Source: Phycisphaerales bacterium
GTDB lineage: Bacteria; Planctomycetota; Phycisphaerae; Phycisphaerales; UBA1924
Direction of reading: 5' to 3'
DNA length: 64,000 nucleotides
Assembly (NCBI GenBank): GCA_965227775.1
Contig: OZ245777.1
Coordinates: 3,168,001-3,232,000, forward strand
In this document: piece after piece, positions 9,404 through 18,246 of the stretch
How the letters are laid out: each line of letters opens with the position of its first letter
How positions within the stretch are numbered: the stretch's first letter is position 1
Made by a program: the position numbers and the translations under genes
The notes under the pieces: generated by a model
Told to the model about the DNA's origin: nothing
What the model saw: the letters and a program-made list of their open reading frames with translations, nothing else
Database searches by the model: none

Positions 9404-10228
9404 TTAGGCTCCCTGGCTCCCACCTGCAAGGCCCTCGGAGCCCTCTGGTGGGTCCCCCAGCAAGTCGGATAGCAGGTCGGGACGCCGCTCGCGGGTGCGG
9501 GCCAGCCGCTGTTCGAGCCGCCAGCGGGCGACCGCGGCGTGATCCCCGCCCAGCAGCACGTCGGGTACGGCCATGCCCATCCACTCGCGGGGACGGGTGT
9601 AGTGCGGGCAGTCGAGCAGCCGGGCGTCCTTAGGGATGCCCAACTCGGTGGCGAGCTTCGCATCGAGCGGGTCGCCATTAGGGTCCTTGTCGGGCGCTGG
9701 GCCGAAGCTGTCCTGGCCGGCGGATTCCTCGTGGCCGAGCACGCCGGGGAGCTGGCGGATGACGGCGTCCATGAGCACCATGGCCCCAAGCTCGCCGCCG
9801 CTTAGGACGTAGTCGCCCAGGCTGACTTCCTCGGGGCCGAGCTTCTCGATGACGCGCTCATCAAGGCCTTCGTAGTGGCCGCAGATCAGCAGCAGGCGGG
9901 GCATGGTCGCCAGCCGCTCGACGACCGCTTGCGTGAGCGGACGACCCTGTGGCGAGAGCAGGACTCGGTGTGCGGGCCGAGCGTCCAGTGCCTCGGTCGC
10001 CATCACGGCATCCCACACGGGCTGGCAGGTCATGACCATGCCCGGGCCGCCGCCGAAGGGGCGATCATCGGTCCTGTTGTGCTTGTTGCCGGCGTACTCG
10101 CGGATGTCGGTGGCGTGCCAGTCGACAAGGTCAGCCGCCCGCGCGCGTCCCGGGATGCTCACGGCCATGGCCGCCGGCGGCTCGTGGCCGAACATCTCGG
10201 GGAATGTCGTCAGGACGTCGATGCGCAC
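9404..10228 (-). CDS. trmD: tRNA (guanine37-N1)-methyltransferase
   Basis: DDRPFGGGPGMVM, LLSPQG, CGHYEGLDER, SLGDYVLSGGE and PHYTRP. Confidence 0.97.
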   Translation of the reverse strand: MRIDVLTTFPEMFGHEPPAAMAVSIPGRARAADLVDWHATDIREYAGNKHNRTDDRPFGGGPGMVMTCQPVWDAVMATEALDARPAHRVLLSPQGRPLTQAVVERLATMPRLLLICGHYEGLDERVIEKLGPEEVSLGDYVLSGGELGAMVLMDAVIRQLPGVLGHEESAGQDSFGPAPDKDPNGDPLDAKLATELGIPKDARLLDCPHYTRPREWMGMAVPDVLLGGDHAAVARWRLEQRLARTRERRPDLLSDLLGDPPEGSEGLAGGSQGA

Positions 10229-10260
10229 TGGTTAAGCCTATCAAAGAGGTGAAGCCTACG

Positions 10261-10285
10261 AAAAACCCACATCTTGCGATGTGGG
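10261..10285 (-). terminator. Intrinsic terminator/attenuator between rpsP and trmD
   Basis: Minus strand reads CCCACATC-GCAA-GATGTGGG-TTTTT. Confidence 0.75.
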
Positions 10286-10313
10286 CCCGTTCGGTCGTGT
10301 TCGGTGCGCGAGC

Positions 10314-10973
10314 TTACTCGCTGCTCTCGCCTTCGCCGCCCTCGGCGGCCTCTTCGGCCGGAGCCTCGGCGGCAGCGGCTGCGGCCTCTTCTTCGGCCTT
10401 CTTCTTGGCCTCCGCTTCTTCCGCAGCCTTCTTGGCGGCCTGAGCATTCTCGATCGCGCCCTTGGCGTCGGCCAGCGCCCCCTCAGCTTTGGCCTTAGCG
10501 GCGTCGGCGGCCTTCGGATCGGCGGCAGACACCGCGGCCCGCGCCTCGTTCACGGCCTCGCTGATCGTCGAGGCGTAGCCGGCGAGATCAACGCCCTCGG
10601 CGTCGTCCCCGCTGGAAAGCTCGCCGATCTGCTCCTGGGCCTTCTCGGCGGTCGCCAGGCCCACCTTGCAGCCCACGCGGTTGCGGTCGGCCTCACGCTT
10701 GGCTTCCCACTTCTCCTTGAGCTTGGGGGTCAATAGCTCGTTGCGACCCAGGATGTCCATCATGGTGTCGCTGGGCTGGGCGCCGACGCTCAGCCAGTAC
10801 TTGATGCGCTCGGACTCGAGCTTGAGCTGCTTCTCGGGGTCCTTCTCGACAGGGTTGTACCACCCCAGGTTCTCGAGGACCTTGCCATCGCGCTTGACCC
10901 GCTTCTCGGCGGCGGCGATGCGGTAGAAGGGACGATGGGTGCGCCCGAGGCGCTGCATGCGGATCCGGACCAC
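10314..10973 (-). CDS. rpsP: 30S ribosomal protein S16 with long Ala/Glu/Lys-rich C-terminal extension
   Basis: MVRIRMQRLGRTHRPFYRI...LGWYNP...WLSVGAQPSDT. AAGGAG RBS. Confidence 0.95.
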   Translation of the reverse strand: MVRIRMQRLGRTHRPFYRIAAAEKRVKRDGKVLENLGWYNPVEKDPEKQLKLESERIKYWLSVGAQPSDTMMDILGRNELLTPKLKEKWEAKREADRNRVGCKVGLATAEKAQEQIGELSSGDDAEGVDLAGYASTISEAVNEARAAVSAADPKAADAAKAKAEGALADAKGAIENAQAAKKAAEEAEAKKKAEEEAAAAAAEAPAEEAAEGGEGESSE

Positions 10974-11090
10974 TGGATGCTCCTTGAGGTCGGGTTGTCT
11001 GAACTCGCCTGCTGGTCGGGGGCTGATTCCGGCACGGGCCGGGCCCTCAGGCGGGTCGAGATGGTAGGCGGGCGTACTCGCTCGCGGCCG

Positions 11091-12422
11091 CTAGTCGGCC
11101 CTGGGCACGATCGGAATGTCGATCCCCTGGGCATCAAGCGAGGTGCCTTGGGACCTGCTCTGCCGATCGAACACGCCACCGTCATCCGTTCCGTCGGCGC
11201 CGAGCGCGTATAGCCGGTAGCCCTCGGCGGCGGCCGGCTCGACCGCGTAAGCGAGCGCTTGCCCGGAGAAGGGATCGGTGGGCAGTGCGGGGAGGTACGC
11301 GGGCACGAGTTTGTCGAGCGAGCCTGGCAACGCGCCGGTCGCCGCTCGGTGCCGCTCGATGGCCAGCACCGTGCGCTCTGCCGTGCGCAGCAATCCGAGC
11401 TGCGTGACCGCGGCCAGATAGCGTTCTGTCGACGGCAAGAGCATGTCGGCCAGTAGGCCAGGCCCTTCGGCGTCGGCGGTCCGCTCTCGGAACGCACGCA
11501 GTCCCGCGACCGGACCCTCCGGGTGGCTGCTCCACAGATCCAAGGCCGCCTGGTAGTTCTCCGACATCACCTCGATCTGGTACGCCGGGTTGATCGTCTT
11601 GAGCGGTGGGTTGCCAAGTGGCGACGACAGGTGCCGCGACGTGATGAGCTCGCCCTCGAGCACGACCGAAATCTCGGGCCAGTCGTCCTCGATCGAGCAA
11701 GCGGCCCACACCGCATCGAGGAAGGCCTGATCGTGTCTCCGCTCGCAAAGGGCGTCCAGCAAGGCCTCGATGCCATGCGACCGGAGCGCGATCGCGACGA
11801 GGTGCACCAGGATGCCGCCGCCGCTCGAGGCCGCGAGATCGGCGAGCCGCGCGATGCGCGCGTACGCCTCGATCACGCCTTCGGCGTCGCCCGCGCGGGC
11901 GGCGAGCACGAGGAAGTCCGACTCCATGTGACCCAGTCGCCTGAGGGTGGCGATGCGTGGCGGCCCCATCTGGTCCCTGCCCTCGACCTTGATGACGTTG
12001 GGATCGATGAACACGCCCAGATCGGTCAACTCGTCGGCGAGATGCCGGAGTCCGAGCCGCTCGGCCTCTTGCAGCGAAGCAAGCACGACCGGCTCGGTCT
12101 CGGGCCAGTTGTCCTCGTGTTCCGCCTCGGTGTTCAGCATGCCCAGGTGTGCGTCCGCGTCGTGCAACGCCGGCAAGATCTCGCTGCGCAGGATCTGTTC
12201 GATCTCGACGAGCTTCTCGCTCGCGGCTTCGGCATGCTCGATAGACCTGCCAGAGGCAACTAGCCCATGCTGCGTGTAGTCGGCGAGGTAGTCGCGCTGC
12301 GGCAGCGCTGGTCCGAAGTAGAGGAAGCGGTTCGCGGCGTAGATGACCCCGACGAGCAAGATCGCCACCACGCAGAGGGCCACGATGAGGATGCGTGAGA
12401 CGCCGCCCTTGGAGATGGTCAT
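11091..12422 (-). CDS. Membrane-anchored helical protein with pseudopilin/GspG-like C-terminal motif
   Basis: N-terminal TM. C-terminal AIERHRAATGALPGSLDKLVPAYLPALPTDPFSG...YRLYALGADGTDDGG. Confidence 0.7.
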   Translation of the reverse strand: MTISKGGVSRILIVALCVVAILLVGVIYAANRFLYFGPALPQRDYLADYTQHGLVASGRSIEHAEAASEKLVEIEQILRSEILPALHDADAHLGMLNTEAEHEDNWPETEPVVLASLQEAERLGLRHLADELTDLGVFIDPNVIKVEGRDQMGPPRIATLRRLGHMESDFLVLAARAGDAEGVIEAYARIARLADLAASSGGGILVHLVAIALRSHGIEALLDALCERRHDQAFLDAVWAACSIEDDWPEISVVLEGELITSRHLSSPLGNPPLKTINPAYQIEVMSENYQAALDLWSSHPEGPVAGLRAFRERTADAEGPGLLADMLLPSTERYLAAVTQLGLLRTAERTVLAIERHRAATGALPGSLDKLVPAYLPALPTDPFSGQALAYAVEPAAAEGYRLYALGADGTDDGGVFDRQSRSQGTSLDAQGIDIPIVPRAD

Positions 12423-12568
12423 GCTTGCAACCCTCCGAACTATGGCCCTTTCGGCACCAAGTCGCGACACACAAACAGCACAGAACGCCCGCGAGCGAGG
12501 GACTCTACTCCTCGCACGCGGGCGCCATTCTTGTGCTGGCTCGTTGGGACGTGGACGCCCCGAACGGT

Positions 12569-14293
12569 TTACCGGTCGCGGATCGCCTGCAGCACGAGCA
12601 GCACATCGATCAGATCGACGCGGCCGTCATCATTCAGGTCCTCGGGGCAGCCGGCGCAGGGGCCCAGAGCATGCAGAACGGCCAGCAGGTCGTGGATGTC
12701 GACCTGGCAATCGCCCGTGACATCGCCGAAGACGCTGCAGCCGCCAACGACGCGGTAGATCGCCGTCGTGCCCGAAACCTCATGGGCCGCCAGCAGCAGC
12801 GCATCGCCGGTCGGGCTGTCCTCGGCGGGGATGAAGACCAGGCCCTCTGGCGCGAGGTCGCCCGCGGTGCCAGCAGCCGGGTCTCCCGAGAAGTCGCGGC
12901 TGGTCGAGTAGCTCTCGAAGATCGGCTCGCGCGGGTCGGTGACGTCGTACACAAAGATGCCACCGACTCGCTCGGCCCCGATGAATGCGTACGTGTTGTC
13001 GCCGATCGAGCCGAGCGTCAGGGCCTCGGGCTCGGGGCCCTTGTCGTCGCTGCGGTTGTCGAAGCTGTCGTTCTCGTCGTTGGTGCTGTTGAAATCGTCG
13101 GGCAGCAGGCGGGCGGTGATCTGCTCGAGATCGCTGCCCGAGTCAAAGACAAGGTCGCCGTCGGCGGTATAGATGCTGAAGCTGCGGGCACCGTAGCTGA
13201 AGATGCGGTCGAAGTCGCCGTCGCCATCGGTATCGCCGGCCGTCGTCGTGATGTTCAAGCGGCCGAGATTCTCCTCGAGTTGCAGGCGAGCGGCGCTCGG
13301 GAATGCGCGCGGGTCGAGAGTCAGGTCGGCAACGCGGGCTTCTTCGCTGAAGCCGTCGTAGTCGCGTGCGTCTCCCTCGTTGGCGGTCACGATCAGCGTC
13401 TGCCCACCAACCTCGTACGAGGCGATTGAGTCGGGCTGGGGGAAGCCGAAGACCGGCCACGTCGTGATGTTGATCTCCCCGTCGCGGTTGCTGACGTCCA
13501 TCGCGTTGGCGGCGCGGCCGTGGTTCTTGACGCCAAGGCCCCAGATGTCGGTGACGCGTGCGGCGCGGATGTTAATCGTCACGATCGCGTTGTTCTCCTG
13601 GCACACGACGTACGCCCGCCGGCTGTCGGCGTCGACCGTGATGTACTCGGGCTCAAGGTCCTGGGCGATCGTCGCGCCCGGGCCAAAGATGCGGACGCTG
13701 TCGTCGAGGTCGCCGCGGTCGATGCGGTCGAAGTCGGCCGTACGCACGTCGCGCTGGCGAACGGCACGCCAGGGACGGATGCGGATGACGCTCACGCTGC
13801 CCTCGGGATCAACCGTGTACTCGTCGTTGGGCTCGCCCTCGTTGGCCACCAGCAGGTAGCGACCGTTGGGCGTGAAGGTCAGCATGTCGGGCAGGGCGCC
13901 CACTTCGACGGCCGACTCGAAGTTACCGTCGGTATCGAAGAACGCGACCGTGCCGTTGTCTTGCTTGACGTCGGCTTCGACGGCAACGGCGACACGGCCA
14001 TCGCTCACCGCGACCGAGTTCACGCCCGCGCCGTAGGGCGACAGATCGATGGTGAACGCGAGCACGGGATTGCTGGGGTCGCCGATGTCGAGCGCGTCGA
14101 CGGTATTGGCGTTCGCGTTGGTGACGAACGCGAGGCCGCTGTCGGCATCGTACACCACGATCTCTGCAGCGCCCTCGTCGAAGGCCCCGGTCTCGTAGCG
14201 GCCGAGGAACTCGAGTTCGATTGTCTGGGCAAGGGCAGGGGCAGCGGTGGTCGCAACGGCGAGTCCGCAGACGGCAAGCATGCTCTTCAACAT
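12569..14293 (-). CDS. Secreted choice-of-anchor I (alkaline-phosphatase-associated beta-propeller) protein with dockerin-like C-terminus
   Basis: Signal peptide, GALPDMLTFTP, VANEGEP, DLEPEYI, TANEGD and RSDDKGPEPE. C-terminal GDVTGDCQVDIHDLL...EDLNDDGRVDLIDVL. GAGGAG RBS before ATG 14293. Confidence 0.85.
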   Translation of the reverse strand: MLKSMLAVCGLAVATTAAPALAQTIELEFLGRYETGAFDEGAAEIVVYDADSGLAFVTNANANTVDALDIGDPSNPVLAFTIDLSPYGAGVNSVAVSDGRVAVAVEADVKQDNGTVAFFDTDGNFESAVEVGALPDMLTFTPNGRYLLVANEGEPNDEYTVDPEGSVSVIRIRPWRAVRQRDVRTADFDRIDRGDLDDSVRIFGPGATIAQDLEPEYITVDADSRRAYVVCQENNAIVTINIRAARVTDIWGLGVKNHGRAANAMDVSNRDGEINITTWPVFGFPQPDSIASYEVGGQTLIVTANEGDARDYDGFSEEARVADLTLDPRAFPSAARLQLEENLGRLNITTTAGDTDGDGDFDRIFSYGARSFSIYTADGDLVFDSGSDLEQITARLLPDDFNSTNDENDSFDNRSDDKGPEPEALTLGSIGDNTYAFIGAERVGGIFVYDVTDPREPIFESYSTSRDFSGDPAAGTAGDLAPEGLVFIPAEDSPTGDALLLAAHEVSGTTAIYRVVGGCSVFGDVTGDCQVDIHDLLAVLHALGPCAGCPEDLNDDGRVDLIDVLLVLQAIRDR

Positions 14294-14440
14294 ATTGAAG
14301 CTCTCCTCATCGATGCCAACGAACACCGCGCGGCATCCGTTGCCGCGACGGCTTGGCCCGAAGGTAGAGAGCATCCGGAACACCCTCACGCATGCTGCGC
14401 GTTGTACACGAAGTCTTCACAGTTCCTGAACGAACTGGTG

Positions 14441-14761
14441 TCAGGGTCACCCGAGGTCGAAGCCGTTCTGGAAAGCGAGGAAGTCGAGGATCGTGAACTC
14501 GCCGTCGCCGTCGAAGTCTGCGGCGGGGTCGCCGGCTGCGAAGAGGTTCTGGAGGGCGACGAAGTCCATGACGTCCAGCGTGCAGTTGCCGTCGAAGTCG
14601 GCGGCGCAGATTGTGCCGGGGCGCCAGCGAGCGAGGTACGTGCCAGGGCCTGAACTCCTGCAGTATCCACCGCCGGCCAAGAGCACCGGGCCGGTGCTGT
14701 CGTCGTAGACGAACAACTCATCGGCGAGCTCGGTCCCAAGAGGCGTCAAGGGTGTAAGCAC
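14441..14761 (-). pseudogene. C-terminal remnant of a GC-type dockerin-anchored protein
   Basis: VYDDSTGPVLLAGG repeat remnant plus a complete dockerin (CAADFDGNCTLDVMDF...DFLAFQNGFDLG). No signal peptide or credible N-terminus. Ends G-TGA-P-TGA. Confidence 0.6.
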
Positions 14762-14940
14762 GCCGACGCCCCGCGCGGCGTCGCCCAGGCCAACTACCGC
14801 TTGCGCACGCGGCTGACCAACGGCAAGACGAGCGACTGGACTGCGCCCCACGGCTTGCCGTAGGGCTGCTGGAGACGGTTGCGCCGGGGGCGAGGCAGAA
14901 GGCGGCCTGAGCGCGTGCGAGCAGCGCGCGATGCGCGCCG

Positions 14941-15411
14941 TCAGGAATCGTGGTCCCAGTCTCGCACCCGCCATCCGATGGGGTCGGGGATGGTCGGGCC
15001 TTCCGTTTCGACCACGCGGTACGCCGAGGGGTAGCGGTGCGGCGGGTCGCCCACGCCGATGGTGAACGCGTCTGCGCGCACGGTGAAGAACCACTCGCCC
15101 GCCTGCGAGAGCGGCACGTACGCGAGGTCCCCCGCCGCTACCAGGTCGTCCAGGCTCGCCGGCAGCCGCCCTTCGCGCCGCGCGTACGCCTCGATGGCCG
15201 GCAGGATGGCGTAGTCGATCATCGCCGTGTCGGCCGCGACCGTCTGGTGCTCCCAGCGGCTGAAGACCTGGAAGTCGATGAGGGTCCAGCGGATCACGAT
15301 GAACCCAAGGTATGTGAAACAGACGGTGAAAGCGGTCGTGCCGATCGCCACACCCCACACGAACAGGGAGCGTCGTCGTGGCTGGTTGTTGTGCGAGCGG
15401 AGGATCGACAC
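14941..15411 (-). CDS. Small membrane protein with pseudopilin-like motif
   Basis: One TM helix followed by AIEAYARREGRLPASLDDLV. Confidence 0.6.
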   Translation of the reverse strand: MSILRSHNNQPRRRSLFVWGVAIGTTAFTVCFTYLGFIVIRWTLIDFQVFSRWEHQTVAADTAMIDYAILPAIEAYARREGRLPASLDDLVAAGDLAYVPLSQAGEWFFTVRADAFTIGVGDPPHRYPSAYRVVETEGPTIPDPIGWRVRDWDHDS

Positions 15412-15545
15412 CCCACCCGTACGCCATCGACGCCGGGAGGTTCGCGGCTCTGGTCCTTGGCTCGCCCGGGATTAGCCGGGACGACATCTACCGGCCGTCC
15501 ATGGGCGGAAGGTCAAAGCCTGCACCCCGCCGGCGAGGCGAGAAG

Positions 15546-17135
15546 CTAATGCGCGTTGCGGTGCACGAAGCCGCGCAGCGGGGTCATCATCAGGATGCGC
15601 AGGTCGAACAACAGCGACCAGTGGCGCACGTAATAGATGTCGTAGCGGAGGCGGCGACGCAGGCTCGTGTCGCCGCGCAGGCCGTTGACCTGGGCCCAGC
15701 CGGTCATGCCGGCCTTGACGTGCTGACGGAGCATGTAGCCGCGCCAATCTTCGCGGAATTTGTCGATCAGCTCGGGCCGCTCGGGCCTCGGGCCCACGAG
15801 GCTCATCTCGCCGCGCAGGACGTTGAAGAGCTGGGGCAGCTCGTCGAGGCTCGTTGACCGCAGCAGTCGCCCGATTGGCGTGATGCGCGGGTCGTTGCGT
15901 CGGGTCCATCCCGCCTCACCCGCATCGCTTGAATCGGCACGTTCGGCTGTGTGAACCAGCTCGGCCGCCTCGTCGCTGGCCTGCACCATCGTGCGGAACT
16001 TGTACATCCAGAACACTTCGCCACCAAGGCCAACACGCCGCTGGCGGAAGATGATCGGCCCCGGACCGCTGATAGCGACCGCGATCGAGCAGACGAGCAT
16101 GATCGGGCTAAGCAGCAGCAGCGCGATGACGCCGCCGGCAAGGTCGAGCCCGCGCTTGAGCGCTCCGCCCACGCCGTGCGCGGGAGACTCGCGGTAGCTC
16201 AGCACGGGCATGCCGTCGAGCTCGTGCACGGCCATGGATTGCTGCACGTACCGGGGGTTCACGTCGGGGATAATGCGCACGTCGATCGGGAACCGCTCCA
16301 GCCGGCGCAGGATGCGACCGGTGATGGGCGTTTCTCTGCTCGGCAGCGCGAGATACACCGCGTCGACCTTGCACGCACCCATCGTCTGCTCGAGATCACG
16401 CAATCCGCCGAACACGGGCTTGCCCATGCACTCGGCAAGTCGGTTCTCGTGCTTGTGGCTGATGAAGTATGCAACACGCAGGCCCGTCCAGCTATTGCGG
16501 TCGAGCGTCTGTGCGGCGATGCGCCCCGTGCGGCCGACGCCGATGATCGCCACGTGCCGCAGGTTGTACCCGCGGCGTCGCAACCACCGCAGGAACATGC
16601 GGAACCCGGCGCGGTGGACCGACATCATGCCCAGGAGCAGGATGCCGAAGAGGATCATCTGCACGCGGCTTGCATCGAGCTCGAAGCCGAACAACATGAG
16701 GTGGCGGCTGGGGTGACCCCCTCCGGCCAGCTGGCTGCTGCCCACGCCCCAAAGCACGACAACCATCGCAACGACGGAGGCCGACGTCGCCTTGGCCACC
16801 TGCGTCAGCTCGCCAGCAAGCGAACGATCGCGCCGGGGGCGATAGAGCTTGAAGGCGTAGAAGCTGATCATGCAGCACAGGAGCGCCGCCAGCAGCAAGG
16901 GCTGCTTGAAGTAGTCTTCCCACGACTGGGGCCAGAATGGGTGGTCCCGCTGGTACGCGCTCCATGGATCGGCCAGCACCTGCGAGAGCGTGCGAGGCGA
17001 CTCCAGGTCACCCTGAGAGATCGGCACTACCAGTAGCTTGCGGCCCAGCCACGCCAGCGCGGCCGCCGCCAGCACCACCGCCGCATCGGCGGCCGCCAGC
17101 AAGACCAGGAGGAATTGATGCTGTTGCTTCAGCAC
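15546..17135 (-). CDS. Undecaprenyl-phosphate sugar phosphotransferase (WcaJ-like, EPS initiating)
   Basis: TM N-terminus, CoA-binding-like domain, and Bac_transf motifs KRGLD, MYKFRTM, DPRIT, SLDELPQL, MSLVGPRPE and GMTGWAQVNG. Likely GTG start at 17135. Confidence 0.92.
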   Translation of the reverse strand: MLKQQHQFLLVLLAAADAAVVLAAAALAWLGRKLLVVPISQGDLESPRTLSQVLADPWSAYQRDHPFWPQSWEDYFKQPLLLAALLCCMISFYAFKLYRPRRDRSLAGELTQVAKATSASVVAMVVVLWGVGSSQLAGGGHPSRHLMLFGFELDASRVQMILFGILLLGMMSVHRAGFRMFLRWLRRRGYNLRHVAIIGVGRTGRIAAQTLDRNSWTGLRVAYFISHKHENRLAECMGKPVFGGLRDLEQTMGACKVDAVYLALPSRETPITGRILRRLERFPIDVRIIPDVNPRYVQQSMAVHELDGMPVLSYRESPAHGVGGALKRGLDLAGGVIALLLLSPIMLVCSIAVAISGPGPIIFRQRRVGLGGEVFWMYKFRTMVQASDEAAELVHTAERADSSDAGEAGWTRRNDPRITPIGRLLRSTSLDELPQLFNVLRGEMSLVGPRPERPELIDKFREDWRGYMLRQHVKAGMTGWAQVNGLRGDTSLRRRLRYDIYYVRHWSLLFDLRILMMTPLRGFVHRNAH

Positions 17136-17262
17136 GCCCTGGTGCTCCCCTTCCGTGCGGCGTCGGGTTGCCGTTCGCAAGCCCCGTTCGGGTAGTTTAT
17201 CGGTTCCGATCCGTCGGTTCGCTCCAGCGAGCCCATTGGCCACCAGATTGCGCAGAACGGTG

Positions 17263-18216
17263 TTAGTCCTGCGGCTCCGGCCACGGCGGGCTCGGCCGGA
17301 CGCTCGGCGTGTGCTCGCCCAGGCGCTCCAAATCGGCCCTATCACTGTCGGTTATCGCGCCTGCATCGGGCGGCACGATCTGGACCACCGCAAACAGGTC
17401 GCCGCTGGTGCCCTTTGCGTCGGTGAGACCGCGGCCTCGGAGACGCAGCCGCTTGCCGCTGCGCGTGCCTGCGGGCACCGTGATGAAGACGTCTCCCTCG
17501 AGCGTGGGCACGCCGACTTCCTTGCCGAGCGCCGCTTCGGCGTAGGTCAGCGGCAGATCGATCGCCAAGTCAAGCACGCCCTCACGCCTGTAGAGCGGGT
17601 GCTTGCCCACGCGGATGGTCAGAATGAGATCGGCCTCGCCCCGCCCGCCGGCGACGCGCAGCTTCGCGCCGTCGACGATGGCCTTGGGAATGGTGACCTC
17701 GATCGTGGTCGCCTTGCCATCCCGACGCACGGGCACACGCTCGGTGCCGCCACGGGCCATGGTCATGAACGACACGTCGAGTTCGGCCTGCGCGGAAGGA
17801 TGCGTGCGCTCGCGCGATCTGCCCCGCTGCGAGCGAGCGCTGCGGGGCGTTGGCCCTGCTCCTCCACCGCCGAACAACGTGTCGAACATCGAGCCCAGAT
17901 CGTCAATATCGAATTCCGAGGGTCCCCCACCGCCGCGGCCGCCCACGTTGCCCCACGTGTAGTGCGCCCCGCCTGCGCCAGTCCCGGCTGCAGCGGCGGC
18001 GCCCGCCCGCCCAAAGCGGTCGTACTGCGCACGCTTCTCGGGCTCTCCCAGCACGTCGTAGGCGGTCTGCACCTCGGCAAACTTCTCGGCCGCGTCGGCG
18101 GCCTTGTTGACGTCCGGATGCAACTCCCGCGCGAGCTTGCGGTAGGCGGCGCGGATCTCATCCTGCGTGGCCGATCGCTTCACGCCGAGCACGTCGTAGT
18201 AGTCGCGATCAGCCAT
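17263..18216 (-). CDS. DnaJ class II / CbpA-like chaperone (no Zn finger)
   Basis: DYYDVLGV...LHPDVN J-domain, G/F-rich region and DnaJ C-terminal domain. Confidence 0.92.
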   Translation of the reverse strand: MADRDYYDVLGVKRSATQDEIRAAYRKLARELHPDVNKAADAAEKFAEVQTAYDVLGEPEKRAQYDRFGRAGAAAAAGTGAGGAHYTWGNVGGRGGGGPSEFDIDDLGSMFDTLFGGGGAGPTPRSARSQRGRSRERTHPSAQAELDVSFMTMARGGTERVPVRRDGKATTIEVTIPKAIVDGAKLRVAGGRGEADLILTIRVGKHPLYRREGVLDLAIDLPLTYAEAALGKEVGVPTLEGDVFITVPAGTRSGKRLRLRGRGLTDAKGTSGDLFAVVQIVPPDAGAITDSDRADLERLGEHTPSVRPSPPWPEPQD

Positions 18217-18246
18217 CGCGCTCACCGATTTGGGTCACGATGCGAT

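Noticed and set aside
14762..15487. 5' part of the 346-aa ORF 14447..15487 as a real N-terminus of the dockerin protein
   Set aside because: It overlaps the better-supported 14941..15411 gene in another frame and has Arg/Pro/Gly-rich, non-protein-like composition.
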